This document shows, piece after piece, positions 36,523 through 53,907 of a DNA stretch of 64,000 bases. Source of the DNA: Styela clava. Lineage: Eukaryota. Under the pieces are notes generated by a model. That model worked only from the letters and a program-made list of their open reading frames with translations. It was not told where the DNA came from and ran no database searches. Position numbers and translations under genes: made by a program. The DNA lies in NCBI RefSeq assembly GCF_964204865.1, contig NC_135250.1, positions 1,426,001 to 1,490,000 on the forward strand, written 5' to 3'. The stretch's first letter is position 1. Every line of letters begins with the position of its first letter.

Positions 36523-36747
36523 GGTGCTCCCGAAGTATGCGAACCAAGATGGCGGACATCGGAACGTAGAATGGGTAACAGGTTAGGGTTAGGCCATAAT
36601 TTTCCTTATTTTAGTCCTATTATCAGTTCGAAGACTAGCCAAGAGCCTCCCGTAGTATTTATACCTAAAATTATGGCCTAACCCTAACCTAGTACACTTA
36701 TTACATTCCGATGTCCGCCATCTTGGTTCGCATACTTCGGGAGCCCC
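36523..36747. mobile_element. Palindromic MITE with long TIRs, internal GGTTAGGGTTAGG and 8-bp TSD
   Basis: GCTCCCGAAGTATGCGAACCAAGATGGCGGACATCGGAA inverted at both ends; TSD CATTTTAC. Confidence 0.9.
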
Positions 36748-37761
36748 CATTTTACTATTCGCGTGATTTTAAGCTTTAGTGACAGCTATAACAAGCATTT
36801 CAGATTTCAAATCTTAGATTGTTTTGATATCATGGGTGAGGGATAAGCCCAACGTGAGAATGGCCAACTAGGGAAAAGAGTTTGGACTTCGAATCAAAAA
36901 AATCAAATCTTCGATTGGAGTAATGGATTCATTAACTCTCTTTTTCCTAATGATATATATATTCGTACTACCATCCTTGGTCATAATATGACAATAATAG
37001 TTATTTTCGGACTATTTTACGTTTATGTTCATGTTTTGTGAAGTATTCCCGCACTAACTAAAATCCTTTTAGGCTTCCAACTATGATCCGTGCTTGATCC
37101 GTCAAAATTTTTTTTTTTGTAAATTTTTTATTCTACTACTAGGTGAATTTTATTTGTGTAGATATTTCAAAGCTTAGAGATACACGAAAGTATTTGTCAT
37201 TACTTCAAAGATAAGTCATTTGATCGAGCGGGAAACAATTTCGCGCACATAATAAACAAACAAAGATTCCAGACAACTATCGTGAACATGCTCTTACATA
37301 TCATTGAATATTTCGCGTTTCGCTTCGCTTGCGAAGCTGAGTCTGGTTTTCTGCAAAGGTGACGTAATGCTCTTTGAGCAGAGCGCTTAAATCTTGTTTC
37401 TTTGTAACACGTGTTCATCGGAGCGATGAGAGTGTGAAACGTTCTCTCAAAATTTTTTGAAATTTCTCTCTTCTTACCGGCGTAAGGTCGAACAGTTTGC
37501 GGGTACGTCATCTGGGCGCGTTTTAGTAGGAAGACGCGAAAATAAGCTTTTCAAAGAGATATTGGGGGTGTTCCTGGCACGTTTGGTTAACTAGTCATTA
37601 CATATTATAAAATGGTACAAAAATCGATTGTAACCAGCGGAAAAAAAGGGTTTTAATCACCGTGATTACCGCCATACTCAATATGTATTGAAATGGCAAT
37701 ACCAAATAGGGAAGATCCCGTTTAAATTCTGGCAACGGCACATTTGTTTACCAATGTTCTA

Positions 37762-38160
37762 ACGAGAATATCGGTTGGAAACCGAAGACTTATCGATCGA
37801 TAGTTAGGGGATCCCCAAAACAGAAACTGCAGTTTCGATTCATCCGCTCTTGTAACTTGCGCACTGCGCATCGCACACACACACTCGGCGGGTTTCAAAA
37901 TTCTCTCGCTTTACAAAAATCTAGATCACTATATCAATAATTGATTGATAACTCGCTAATTATACGACATAATTCGCCCAAAATCAATAGGCTTCTGGTC
38001 CGAGATAAGATGAATGCACATGCAAAATCTGGAGCAGATTCAATCTCGCTTTCGTGAGATATCGCGTGCATCTAACAGACAGACACACAGACAGACAGAC
38101 ATACATACATACATACAAATACCTATCAATATACTTACCGATCTTAAGATCGATAAGTAA
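37762..38160 (-). mobile_element. Second HINE/DINE-like copy (longer, inverted)
   Basis: Reverse complement of the 24792-25082 ends and core; (AGAC)n(ATAC)n microsatellite; hairpin tcggttggaaaccga. Confidence 0.72.
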
Positions 38161-38658
38161 CTACATTAACACAGTGAGTCGTGTAACACTATATTAGTGT
38201 TGAACACTGGTGCCGTGTGACATGTTTGTATTTTTATCAGCGGTTGTTTACGAGTTAACGTCGGAGAATTTGTACAAATTTTATGATAAATGCTTGAATC
38301 ATTCAAGCATAAACCTTGTTCAACATCCTCGCGCGGTAGCATTGTATTTTAGCAAGCGCTGTTCGATCTATAGTTAATTGAAGCATAAACATCAATTTCA
38401 AATATCAGAAAAATATTGTGATCTTTATTCTAACAAAAATATTTGGAGTAAATAATTATACACACAAAGTATAAGAGCTTTTCTACTGAGGTTGCTACTT
38501 CTTTAGGTTTAGATCGTTCGGAATTCCATAAATCGGGTAGCCGTTTATCCGAGGTCATCAATTAGATATCCTTATATATATTTTTTGATCATTTGCATAA
38601 GGATAACAAATCATTTTTATCACGGGGGTGAAGACAGCTGATACGGCTTGATGATTTG

Positions 38659-41600
38659 TAGGGGAGGGGGAGGGGCAAATTATTCGATTAGCGAATTGAA
38701 TATCAAAATATTCGAATGGCATTTCATTATTCGCATATCCGGTACCAGGTGACCTGCGACGCTTTGGTTGGGCGCGGAACTCGCGCGTTTCTAAATCAAT
38801 CGTGGAATTTTGCGAGAATTCACCCACGGCGCTTGCTAACAGACAAAAGCTACAAATTCGAGAAGTTTTTGTGTTTGCGTTATGGTGATATTTGCTTTTA
38901 TTATGAGCCTAACGTATTGTTTCAATCGTCTCGTAAATTCAGAAACATCAAACCAAATTACCCAGATTCTAAACTCCGTATGTCTGGTGACATGCAATTA
39001 GTAGGGATGCGACAAGATTCGGATTCGTGGCCGAATCTCTCGTAATTTGATACTCGGATTCGGCCCGAGTCTTTGATGATTTTACCCGAGTCCGGGATAT
39101 CATACGTCACGCGATAGTCAAGCGCAGACTGGTGGCGGATTCGACGAGAAATTCTATTTTCTCTACGGTGAAATTAAAACTAGGCGCCAAAACTACAAAT
39201 TCACGAGGCCGTAAGAACAAAATAATGTCAGCGAAAGTCAGCTGAATAAATTCCAGTGTTGCGCGTGTAGCTTGTCTTCCAGTGCCAGACGTCGTTTAGT
39301 GAATGTTTACCACGTCCTATTTCAAGCATATACTTGCTAATCCTCTAACAGTGATTAATCCGTAATCAGCGGTAACCATGTCGCGCTGTTCGCCTTTTAT
39401 CGTTTCATAAATGATCTAGCTATTTTCGGAGAGAAACAAATGTTAGAAATAAAATAGTGAAAATTACGGTTCTTTTAAGAGAAAAGTACAACTCGCAGAT
39501 GTCAGTGGCGTTACAATCGTATATATGTACAAAAACAATCTCGCAAGTCGCATCGATTAAATGTGCATAAATTTGAAAACTATTACTCGTGGTAATTGGA
39601 TGTTAATCGGGCCGACTTCTTATTTTTATTCAATGATTATTTACATACGCCGCGATTAGTGACGGGCAAGATCGAATTTTTCCTGATCGAATAATTCGAC
39701 TACCGTATTTCTTTTAATTTACCGATAGTAGAAAATTACTAGAACACTGGAGACTCGAAAACAACGCGGCGTCTTTACTTCTTATCCGTAATTTTATCAC
39801 AATCGTGAATTGTTTTTTTGTCACCGCGATCGTTTCGGCGACCGACATCCTAATTATGGTTGGTAAACTATATTTTTAAAGCACCCTTTTTCACTATCAG
39901 TTCTCACGCAACGCCGGACATCGAAGTTTCGTTTTTATATTTCAGGCAGAAGTGTGAGTACAAATCGGAGAAGATATTAAAGACAGCTATTAATTAGTGA
40001 ATTCATAAACATATTAATTTTATTCTGGTCTTATCTTCTGGATTTGATCTTCCATATCACAGTTTGTAAATTACGGTCCCTATTTTAAGCGAACAATACC
40101 TATCGTGGCTGTGTTATTTTAATATTAGATAATAAATAAAAACTCCGGAAATTTACCATTGCGTGCTGTTTCGAGTTATGGCATTTCTACCTAGTCGAAA
40201 CAATATTTCCATATAATACATAATTTACCTGCCTCACTTAATCTGGTTTGACGTTTCTATATGTGAAAAGGTGTTGGCGCGCTTTATGCAAAATTGGGAA
40301 TTGTTAAGATAACGATAGGCGCAGAAAGAAAACCCTAATAATTCTCACATTTATCGTTTCTGTCTGTTAGCGAGAGTCGTATGTGAATTCTTAACTCGTA
40401 ACTCTCACTTCTAAATTAATGTTAATAAATTTGATTTTGCTTTTTGAAGCGCCGTTATTTGTATTAATGAAAATGGTTGTGTCATACAGCCGTAACTTAG
40501 CATATAACACATTTCGCCTTTTGCGTCTCTCTTATTGAATCAAAATCAACAATTACACATTCTTATTTTCCGCGGATTCGACAATAGCTATTGATGGTTT
40601 TCAAACGAAGAATAGCTAGCTTTTTTGTTACGATATATTTATAAGATACATTTATTCGATGCTTCCACAGTTGGCAATTCTTTATTAATATCTCAATTTT
40701 CACGGAGATGGGCGTCTGTATCAGCGCCGACTAAAAAAGTTACATATGAGTAAAAATTTCCCATAAAAAATTTGTTCCAAACGTGTGGGTTATGGCCCGT
40801 ATTTATCGTGACAGGACACGAGCGCGGCGTCATCAGCAGTCGACGCGGCGGTCGATCAGAGTTACGTAACAAAGTATTCCTTTGACCGGGAATATGACCT
40901 ATTTATTCTAATTTAAACTAGTCGCTCAGAGAATGATTGTCTCGCAAGTAATAGTGTTTATGTGCAACGTATTTAAATTACATAGTCTTTTCATACAGAA
41001 TGTTTAATTTACGGCCAATATACGAGAACAACAGCATTACTTTAGGTATTTGTTTCGTAGCTATGTAAAAGTATTGGACTCGGGACTCGGACACGAGTCC
41101 AGCACAAATACTCGGGATTCGGCCGAGCCGAACCTTTTTGGATTCGTCGCATCCCTAGCAATTAGCCATTTTTTGCATGACCCAAACACAAAATTGATTA
41201 AAATGACGTTTTCGAGAGACCATACATGGTGAAAAAGAAATTTTAGGTTGTCAAAAAATTCGATTATATATAAATGCCATCGATTTGAAAATGACCTTTC
41301 AAGTTATTCCCAAAACTGGTATCAGTACTTGTATAAAAAACACTTATCAAGTTGTAATCAGATGAGAAATGTCAGGCCATAACCTTTAATATACTTTCTA
41401 TTAGCTCTTCAGAGATCGCTTTCATCCTTAACCAAGTAATGTTTCGAAAAAGCTAACATTTTGCTTGGCAATGCATGGACAGTGGAGTGTTGAAAGTGAG
41501 GGGGGGGGCGAACTTTGATCGCCAACGAAAAACACCACGCCGTATATCGTTACGCAACAATAACCTTTGAATGTCATTCTCTTAAGAATTAGAATGCCAT

Positions 41601-42542
41601 TTTACTACTTATGTATCGAGTACCTAATCCGCTTTGCTTGGACACGAAACTTGCGCATCACTAAACGGATCCCTTGAACTCCGCGAAAATCTCACGGCTC
41701 TAGCTTAGCAACAGAAATACCAAATTTGAGTCCCATTTAGGCGTTGTTTCAATTCTCAGTTTTGCATATAGCGCACCAACGCCGTTTCGTAAAATTGAAA
41801 TTGTCAAACAAGTTAACAAATTATTGAGCGAACTTTTACCAAGGAATTATTATTTTAGTAGTAGAATTGTCATTATTGCCTATTTATTGAATCGTTATTT
41901 GAACTCAAAATAACATTCAGGATTCAATGCAATGACTTTGCAGGGTTTTTATATATTATTTAATACGGAAATAAACATGCACAATTGAAAAGTAAATTCA
42001 TAAGTAGGCCAACTATGTTCTTCAAAAATATCCGCATCCGGGTGTCAGAAATGATAACGTTGTTTACCTAAAATTGGGACAGTTAATTTGCAAACGGTGA
42101 CGGAAAAGATCAAAGCCGCCGCAAAAGATAAAATGGGAATAAAATTCCGAATTCACTCCCTAAAAGCCGTCTTTAACATATGTTGCCGATATGAAATCGT
42201 AGTTCTCCCAGCAATATAAAACCAAACTTCGACGTGGCGTAAGTATTGGTGCTTGTAAAAAAAGGGGACAGCGGAAATGTAGCTCACCAAAATTAGAATG
42301 TCTCGCGTTATAGATGCGTGTTGTATATTTATTAAAACTACCCGATAATCGACAATTCACTGAAATATTGGAATTATTCAATTTACCGCTTTGTTGCCGA
42401 CTTTGCGATATTTATATTAATTTCCAACGGGAGTATCGACCTCCGACGTCCTAAACCCGTTGTGTATAAAAATAGATTCGTTATTCGGAATTCGTTAAAA
42501 ATATTCGATTCGAAAAAAAATATTCGATTTTGCTCACCTCTA
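38659..42542. mobile_element. Older hAT-like element that contains 39002-41157 and itself splits a SINE
   Basis: Degenerate ends tagggg..gaggggcaaattattcga / tcgattttgctcacctcta; subterminal ATTCG arrays; degenerate 8-bp TSD ATGATTTG / ATCATGTG. SINE pieces lie at ~38600-38658 and 42543-42630. Confidence 0.6.
39002..41157. mobile_element. Non-autonomous hAT-type DNA transposon (2156 bp)
   Basis: Perfect 12-bp TIR TAGGGATGCGAC / GTCGCATCCCTA; perfect 8-bp TSD GCAATTAG (38994-39001, 41158-41165); subterminal GGATTCG/GGACTCG repeats; no transposase ORF. Confidence 0.93.
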
Positions 42543-43413
42543 ATCATGTGGCAAACCACGGCCTCTTGTCCTGTACCAGTCCATGTTTTGGACTTTTTGA
42601 TGGAGAAAACCGTAACCGCCTAGCAGTTATGTGGATTTTAACAGGATATTTTTAAACCGTCTTCCTGGATAAGAAGCTTCCAAGGAAATGGTTTATAATG
42701 ACCGACGCTTTCCTGTTCGGCGCAGTCTACTTATTACACTCTGGTTCTCATGGTTTGACCAGGATGCCGATATCTTCTACCCGTGATATAAATAAGTCAA
42801 TATGTAAGTCAATATAAGCCGCTAGTGTCGTGTAGGAGCTACAAATATGGACCAAATGGCACCGCCCATGGTTATGGAGCCAAAACCATTCTGAATCATA
42901 TACGTTTTCCGGCAATAGGAAGACTATGCGTTTTAGTTAAGCTGTTAGCGCGCCTTCTCTTTTGAAAATCTTAGGGCAACTTTGTTTTCGAAAATCGTTA
43001 GAAAATACGATGTCTGTGTGCAATTGTTATTATTTTTACTGTTTTTAGTTAATACTGAACTTATCAGTATTACCGGACTTATTTCCTGATAGTTATAGCA
43101 CTATTAGGTTGAGTTAAGAATAGCTCATGTAAATCGGGCAGCATTTATTCAACCTGACATCGGAACCAAAATCAACAACGAGTAGATATATCGTCCCAAC
43201 CAAGTTGGTTTCGCCTCTAACTCAATATTTACTCGTTCACAGATGAAATTTCAAATTTCGCAAAGACTTGCATTTTTTGCAGATTCATACCAGGTAGCTA
43301 AGTTACAATCTTTTTTTTTAAATAGCTTTAAAAGTAATTCTTGACTTGAAATATTCTGGTAGTCAAGTTCAAATTGACACTTATTCAGACTGGTTCAATA
43401 CATATAATAAGGC

Positions 43414-45630
43414 ATGGATTTAGCCGAATTGTTACGTCAATTGAAGGATTGCGATGATAGCCTACCCGACCTTATGAGTCCGGAATCTCCAGGTGACAAA
43501 TTGACCGACGCTCTCGATGCCTCGAAAGCACTCGAAGCCTTGAAAGAACAGCTAGGGATTTCTAAACCCAACCTTTCCAACATTTCGTCGCTAATTAACC
43601 ACATATATATTAGTAGTCGATCGCGCATATTCAAATTGGCTGATAAATTAGCGGTGACGTTTGATGGAGACGAAATAGTAAACGCAAAACGAGGCCAAAT
43701 TCCCTTACCAGCCGAGGAGAAGTGGGATTTTAAATTGGGCGATCGGGTCAGGGTTAAATGCTCACTGAAAGATTTTGAATCGGTACAGAGAAGAACCATA
43801 GGCTGGACAACCCGTCTTGTCGTAGTTCATGGCCATACCGGGGTGGTGACCGACGTCGCATCTGAGTACGACAACGTGATCAATGTTTTATTCCTGGATA
43901 TTTTTCAAGGCTGTAGTCTGTACGCAGGCGTTCTTGAAAAAGTTCCCACTGTAGATGTTACTAGCCATCTTTCACGGTGGAAGATAGGAGATATGGTCAA
44001 ACCCAAGGTCGATACTCTGCTCGCAAAAAAGCTACAGAGTGGGCTGAAAGCAATTCCCAAGAATTTGTTAGGCAAGAAAGGGAAAGTTACTGCAGTAGCA
44101 CGTTTTCATGTTGAAGTTACGTTTGACGACAAAGAAAGCGTTCAAGTCTCTGCTGCTCTGCTGGTTCGCAGCGAGGACCAGTCGCCTATCACAAAATCAA
44201 GCCCAATCAGCAATTTCAAGGTTGGCGAAAAAGTTAAAATTATTCGAAACATGAAAAGCCTGATTTCGAACCAAAACAACAAAGGTGGTTGGAACAAGGA
44301 AATGTGTAAATTGCGAGGACAAGAAGTGGTGATTGGTAGTATTCACACAGATTCCTCACTTATCGTACACGCAAAACACGCTCGACCATGGAGGGTGTCT
44401 CCTGATTCAGTGTTGCCGCTCGATGTTGAGGAAATTGTCTCCACCAAAGACTTGGACTTTTTACCCGGCGATTTGGTTAAAGTAAAAATCCATCCGAATG
44501 TGGGAATGACACTCGCATCGCAGAATATTCCGATGGTGTTTCTTGAGTATCTCAGAGGGGTTGCTCAAGTAGCTTCCGTGGATGATGATTTTGACTGCTT
44601 TGTCAAATTTAATCAGTCGCAAAAGTTCATGATGAAACCTGACGCCCTTGAAAAACCCACTGCAGCGGAAATCGAGAAGTTCAAGAGGATTCAAGCTCGT
44701 GTCAAGGATCTCACAGTGGGTGATGAAGTTCACATAGATGTCGGTCCTCCGAATTATGTCAGAGTGATTCTTAGAGATTCAGATTTTGAGGAAAACGTGA
44801 GGATGGCACTGGTCAACCCGGCTAAACTTGTTGGTTTCATTGATTACGACACGGCTGTCATTGAATACCAAGGTGGCTCAAGATTCAAAATCGGAATGAA
44901 ATATTTAACGGTTGCCGATAAATACTTGGTAAAAGATGCCAAAAAGATTTTGGATTTTGACACCGCTAAATCCTTACGTGACATGATTGCAAAAAGCGTT
45001 CATGATATATGCAATGAGCAAGATTTAGGTGAAAACAACTGCAAAGTCGATGTCACCTCTATGACATACGGATCTCCTCCTTCCATAGAAATACGCATTC
45101 AATCTGTGATGGCTCAACTTGATAATATCGTTCAACGCTTACAGCAAGTAACTGGATGGAAAATCGCCAGTGTTTGCGACGGACAGTATTTTGTGACTGG
45201 AGTCGCGGGATTTGATAGCGAGATAAGCCTGTCCATAATCTTTAACGACAGCGAAAGTATTGTTGAGAAACAAGGTGTTAGAACTTCAATCGAAACTTTT
45301 GAGGAGCCTATAGCCAGTGAAAATGAAGCAATAGGTTTCGTAGATGACGAGGAACCAATCGCTTCTCCGCCCGGTGGTAATCAGCAGCAACCCCTGGCTC
45401 ATCGCAACCCAAATGTGAGAAGTCTAAGAGAATTCAGATATTATTGTCTCTATGATCGCCAACTTGGGCACACTGTCTACTTCCCATACGTTATCCGGGG
45501 TCAGAGACGGGTTTCAGCTGAGTTCCTGGAAGAAGGACTTCCGGACCCGAGAGAACCAACCGTGATAAATAATAATTATGTGCAATGTGCTGGGAATTTC
45601 GGAAAGATCAAGTATTCCCAGATTGTTTAA
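43414..45630 (+). CDS. Mind bomb SH3 (REP/SH3_15)-repeat protein 2, 738 aa, single coding exon; tandem paralog of 33689-35647
   Basis: Collinear with paralog 1 (e.g. KDFESVQRRTIGW, LYAGVLEKV, NPAKLVGFIDYDTAVIEYQ, GFDSEISLSIIFND), plus an extra C-terminal segment of about 90 aa. Acceptor ttattcag at 43388 lies just upstream of the ATG. Confidence 0.88.
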   Translation: MDLAELLRQLKDCDDSLPDLMSPESPGDKLTDALDASKALEALKEQLGISKPNLSNISSLINHIYISSRSRIFKLADKLAVTFDGDEIVNAKRGQIPLPAEEKWDFKLGDRVRVKCSLKDFESVQRRTIGWTTRLVVVHGHTGVVTDVASEYDNVINVLFLDIFQGCSLYAGVLEKVPTVDVTSHLSRWKIGDMVKPKVDTLLAKKLQSGLKAIPKNLLGKKGKVTAVARFHVEVTFDDKESVQVSAALLVRSEDQSPITKSSPISNFKVGEKVKIIRNMKSLISNQNNKGGWNKEMCKLRGQEVVIGSIHTDSSLIVHAKHARPWRVSPDSVLPLDVEEIVSTKDLDFLPGDLVKVKIHPNVGMTLASQNIPMVFLEYLRGVAQVASVDDDFDCFVKFNQSQKFMMKPDALEKPTAAEIEKFKRIQARVKDLTVGDEVHIDVGPPNYVRVILRDSDFEENVRMALVNPAKLVGFIDYDTAVIEYQGGSRFKIGMKYLTVADKYLVKDAKKILDFDTAKSLRDMIAKSVHDICNEQDLGENNCKVDVTSMTYGSPPSIEIRIQSVMAQLDNIVQRLQQVTGWKIASVCDGQYFVTGVAGFDSEISLSIIFNDSESIVEKQGVRTSIETFEEPIASENEAIGFVDDEEPIASPPGGNQQQPLAHRNPNVRSLREFRYYCLYDRQLGHTVYFPYVIRGQRRVSAEFLEEGLPDPREPTVINNNYVQCAGNFGKIKYSQIV

Positions 45631-47963
45631 CAAGTTGTGTTACATCACTTAACCCAAGCAACAACAACATATAAGTCATTGAACAAATCGTGTCGTCCAA
45701 TCACAACCAACCTCTCTGAGAAGAGATAATTTAACAAAACTATTGGAGATGTCTAACTCTTAATTTTAGGCCGTCTGCAGCGAATTGCAATATATATTCG
45801 ATTGCGCGTTCGCCATACCAATTATGAGTGTATACATTAATATATTAGTAGTAGTTGCATAATTTTTGAACAAAACAGATTGTGTGTACATGCGTATTCA
45901 AAGCATAGCGCATTAGTGTTCGTCACCAATTCAACATTTTATCCTCGTTGCAAAATACGAGACATTGATGATCGTTTACATAATTATATTACAATTTTTT
46001 CATTACTTATGTTATATGGGCTAAGTGCACTAGGATATTGTTTATTGAACTGCAGATCCTTTTTCTTTGTTTATTTTCTACGGATTCGTATCTGCCGTTG
46101 TCATTAGAATGCTTGAATGGGATGGTAATTGAGGCGACAAATTGAACTTCTCATTTTTTTCTGAAAAATTAGACTAGTGATCTGACAAATGTACTTACTA
46201 TTTCGTGAAAAGTGATTAGGTTATTCTTAATTACTCAAGGTTCTCCATTATATTGGAGGATAAATTTAGACACAGATAAGGAAATTTGGTTCGTCATTAT
46301 AAGTCAAAAATTCCAATTCGTTATTTTATAGAGTGAAGTATACTATTGCATGATTAACCATTGTTAAAATACAACTTTACATGATTATTTATGTACGTAA
46401 TATTAAAAATTTCTTGTAATTTATTTTTCCAAGTTCATTCATATATGGTGACATTGGGTAGTCGTTAATTTCAATTCGGTATTAAATGAGGAAACCTTTG
46501 AATTTATATTGGACATGTTTATCCATATACGCAATACATCTATATCCTAGGCAACAACGTCTTGTTTTTGGTCATATTCATGCTGTCGCTGTTCCACTTG
46601 AGGAAATTAGCATATATATCATACAGTTTTAATTTTAGAATGACGAGTCATTAAAAACAAAGAGGCTCATTGCAAACAAAGGTGGGAGAGCATTAACAGA
46701 TACGCGGAAGGAAATGATTTTGAATCAGTCAGATGCGCCAACATCAATGATAACCACTTACTGATTGAAGGCTGAAACAGTTAGTTGTGGCCTCGAATGA
46801 CATAGCATATTCATGCCTTTTTCAATATTTGGCCGAGCTCTACGTAGAAATGTTCTTGCATTTGTTCAATTTAAACGTAATTACTGTTAATCTAAAATCA
46901 TCTTAAATGGCCACGCTAAATGAGCGCAACTCAAACGTGTATTCAAATCGTAGTTTCGCTTAAGACCTTGTCAGCCAAATTATAGCGTATAGCGCTGCAT
47001 GTTCCTTGCTTATCTTATTTAACATCTTATTCTTTGCCTTTAATCTATAAGAAATCTAATTGCGTCTTCAGTCGACTACGGGACCTATACAACTAACTAA
47101 TCGAATTCGTTCAAGTCAAATCCAAATGTTAATTTAGTCCTTTTTCTCCGGTTTAATTAACGGTGGAAATATTGCACACATATACTTTTCCCGGCAAATG
47201 ATGAGACTGAGGCCCCACATATGAAACAAAGACATGACGAGGTTAGCAATTTCACAATTGAATTATATGGGAAAATTTGTGCTTTGAATTCTCAATACAC
47301 TTTTGTTCTACTTAGGTGTGGCGAAGACAGCTATCTGAGTTGTCACCTCCAATTATATATACAAGATGTACAAAAACAGCGCCCGTCATATGCCCTATTA
47401 TTCATGTATCTATGTGGTCATAAAACGCTCATAAATCCTTAAAAAAATGTTTAAGTTGCAATCACTAGTGCGCAAAAATGAGTCTTCCTTACTTCGCGTG
47501 ACATTCCAGTGGGAAATTTCTCATAAAAAGGTATATACAACGGGACCGATCAGTTGTCAAATACTGAAGCTGCTGTTGGAAAATTTATTGATATTGATAA
47601 AAAACAAGGCAAGTCTAATAAGGCAGCGCCGAACCGGAAGGATATCGGTCATTTCAAATGAGAGTAGCTACTTCGATATCAGTGACTGCTTCTACAGGGA
47701 TATATTCGGAGCGTAAGGCCTGAATAAATGTCGTAAAAATTTTTTTCTGTTTTTTGGAATGGCTTGTTTGTCGTAAGCATGATGTCAACCTTATGTTAGT
47801 GCTACAGCGTGAGGCCCACCGCCATGTTTCGCCTAATTTTCAATTTTCGAATATAATTCTCTCATTCTCCCTTTTTGCATCCAGTATTTTAATTCGAAAT
47901 GAATCACACAGAAACAAAATACTATTTCTATATTTATTTCTCAGATTGTAATACATCAATTTG

Positions 47964-53907
<5,944 letters not shown>

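Larger units (their letters stand above)
36230..38468 (+). repeat. Dispersed direct repeat of ~270-310 bp (36230-36500 and 38161-38468) between the two Mib-repeat genes
   Basis: Shared blocks ttgaacactggtg, gaatttgtacaaa, taaatgcttgaatca..caagcataaacc, caagcgctgttc..agttaattgaa, aaataattatacacacaaa. Confidence 0.85.

Noticed and set aside
33689-45630. Horizontal transfer or viral origin of the two long intronless ORFs
   Set aside because: The repeats resemble animal Mind bomb, 5' UTR acceptors are present, and there are no viral or bacterial hallmark genes nearby; retroposition or intron loss is sufficient.
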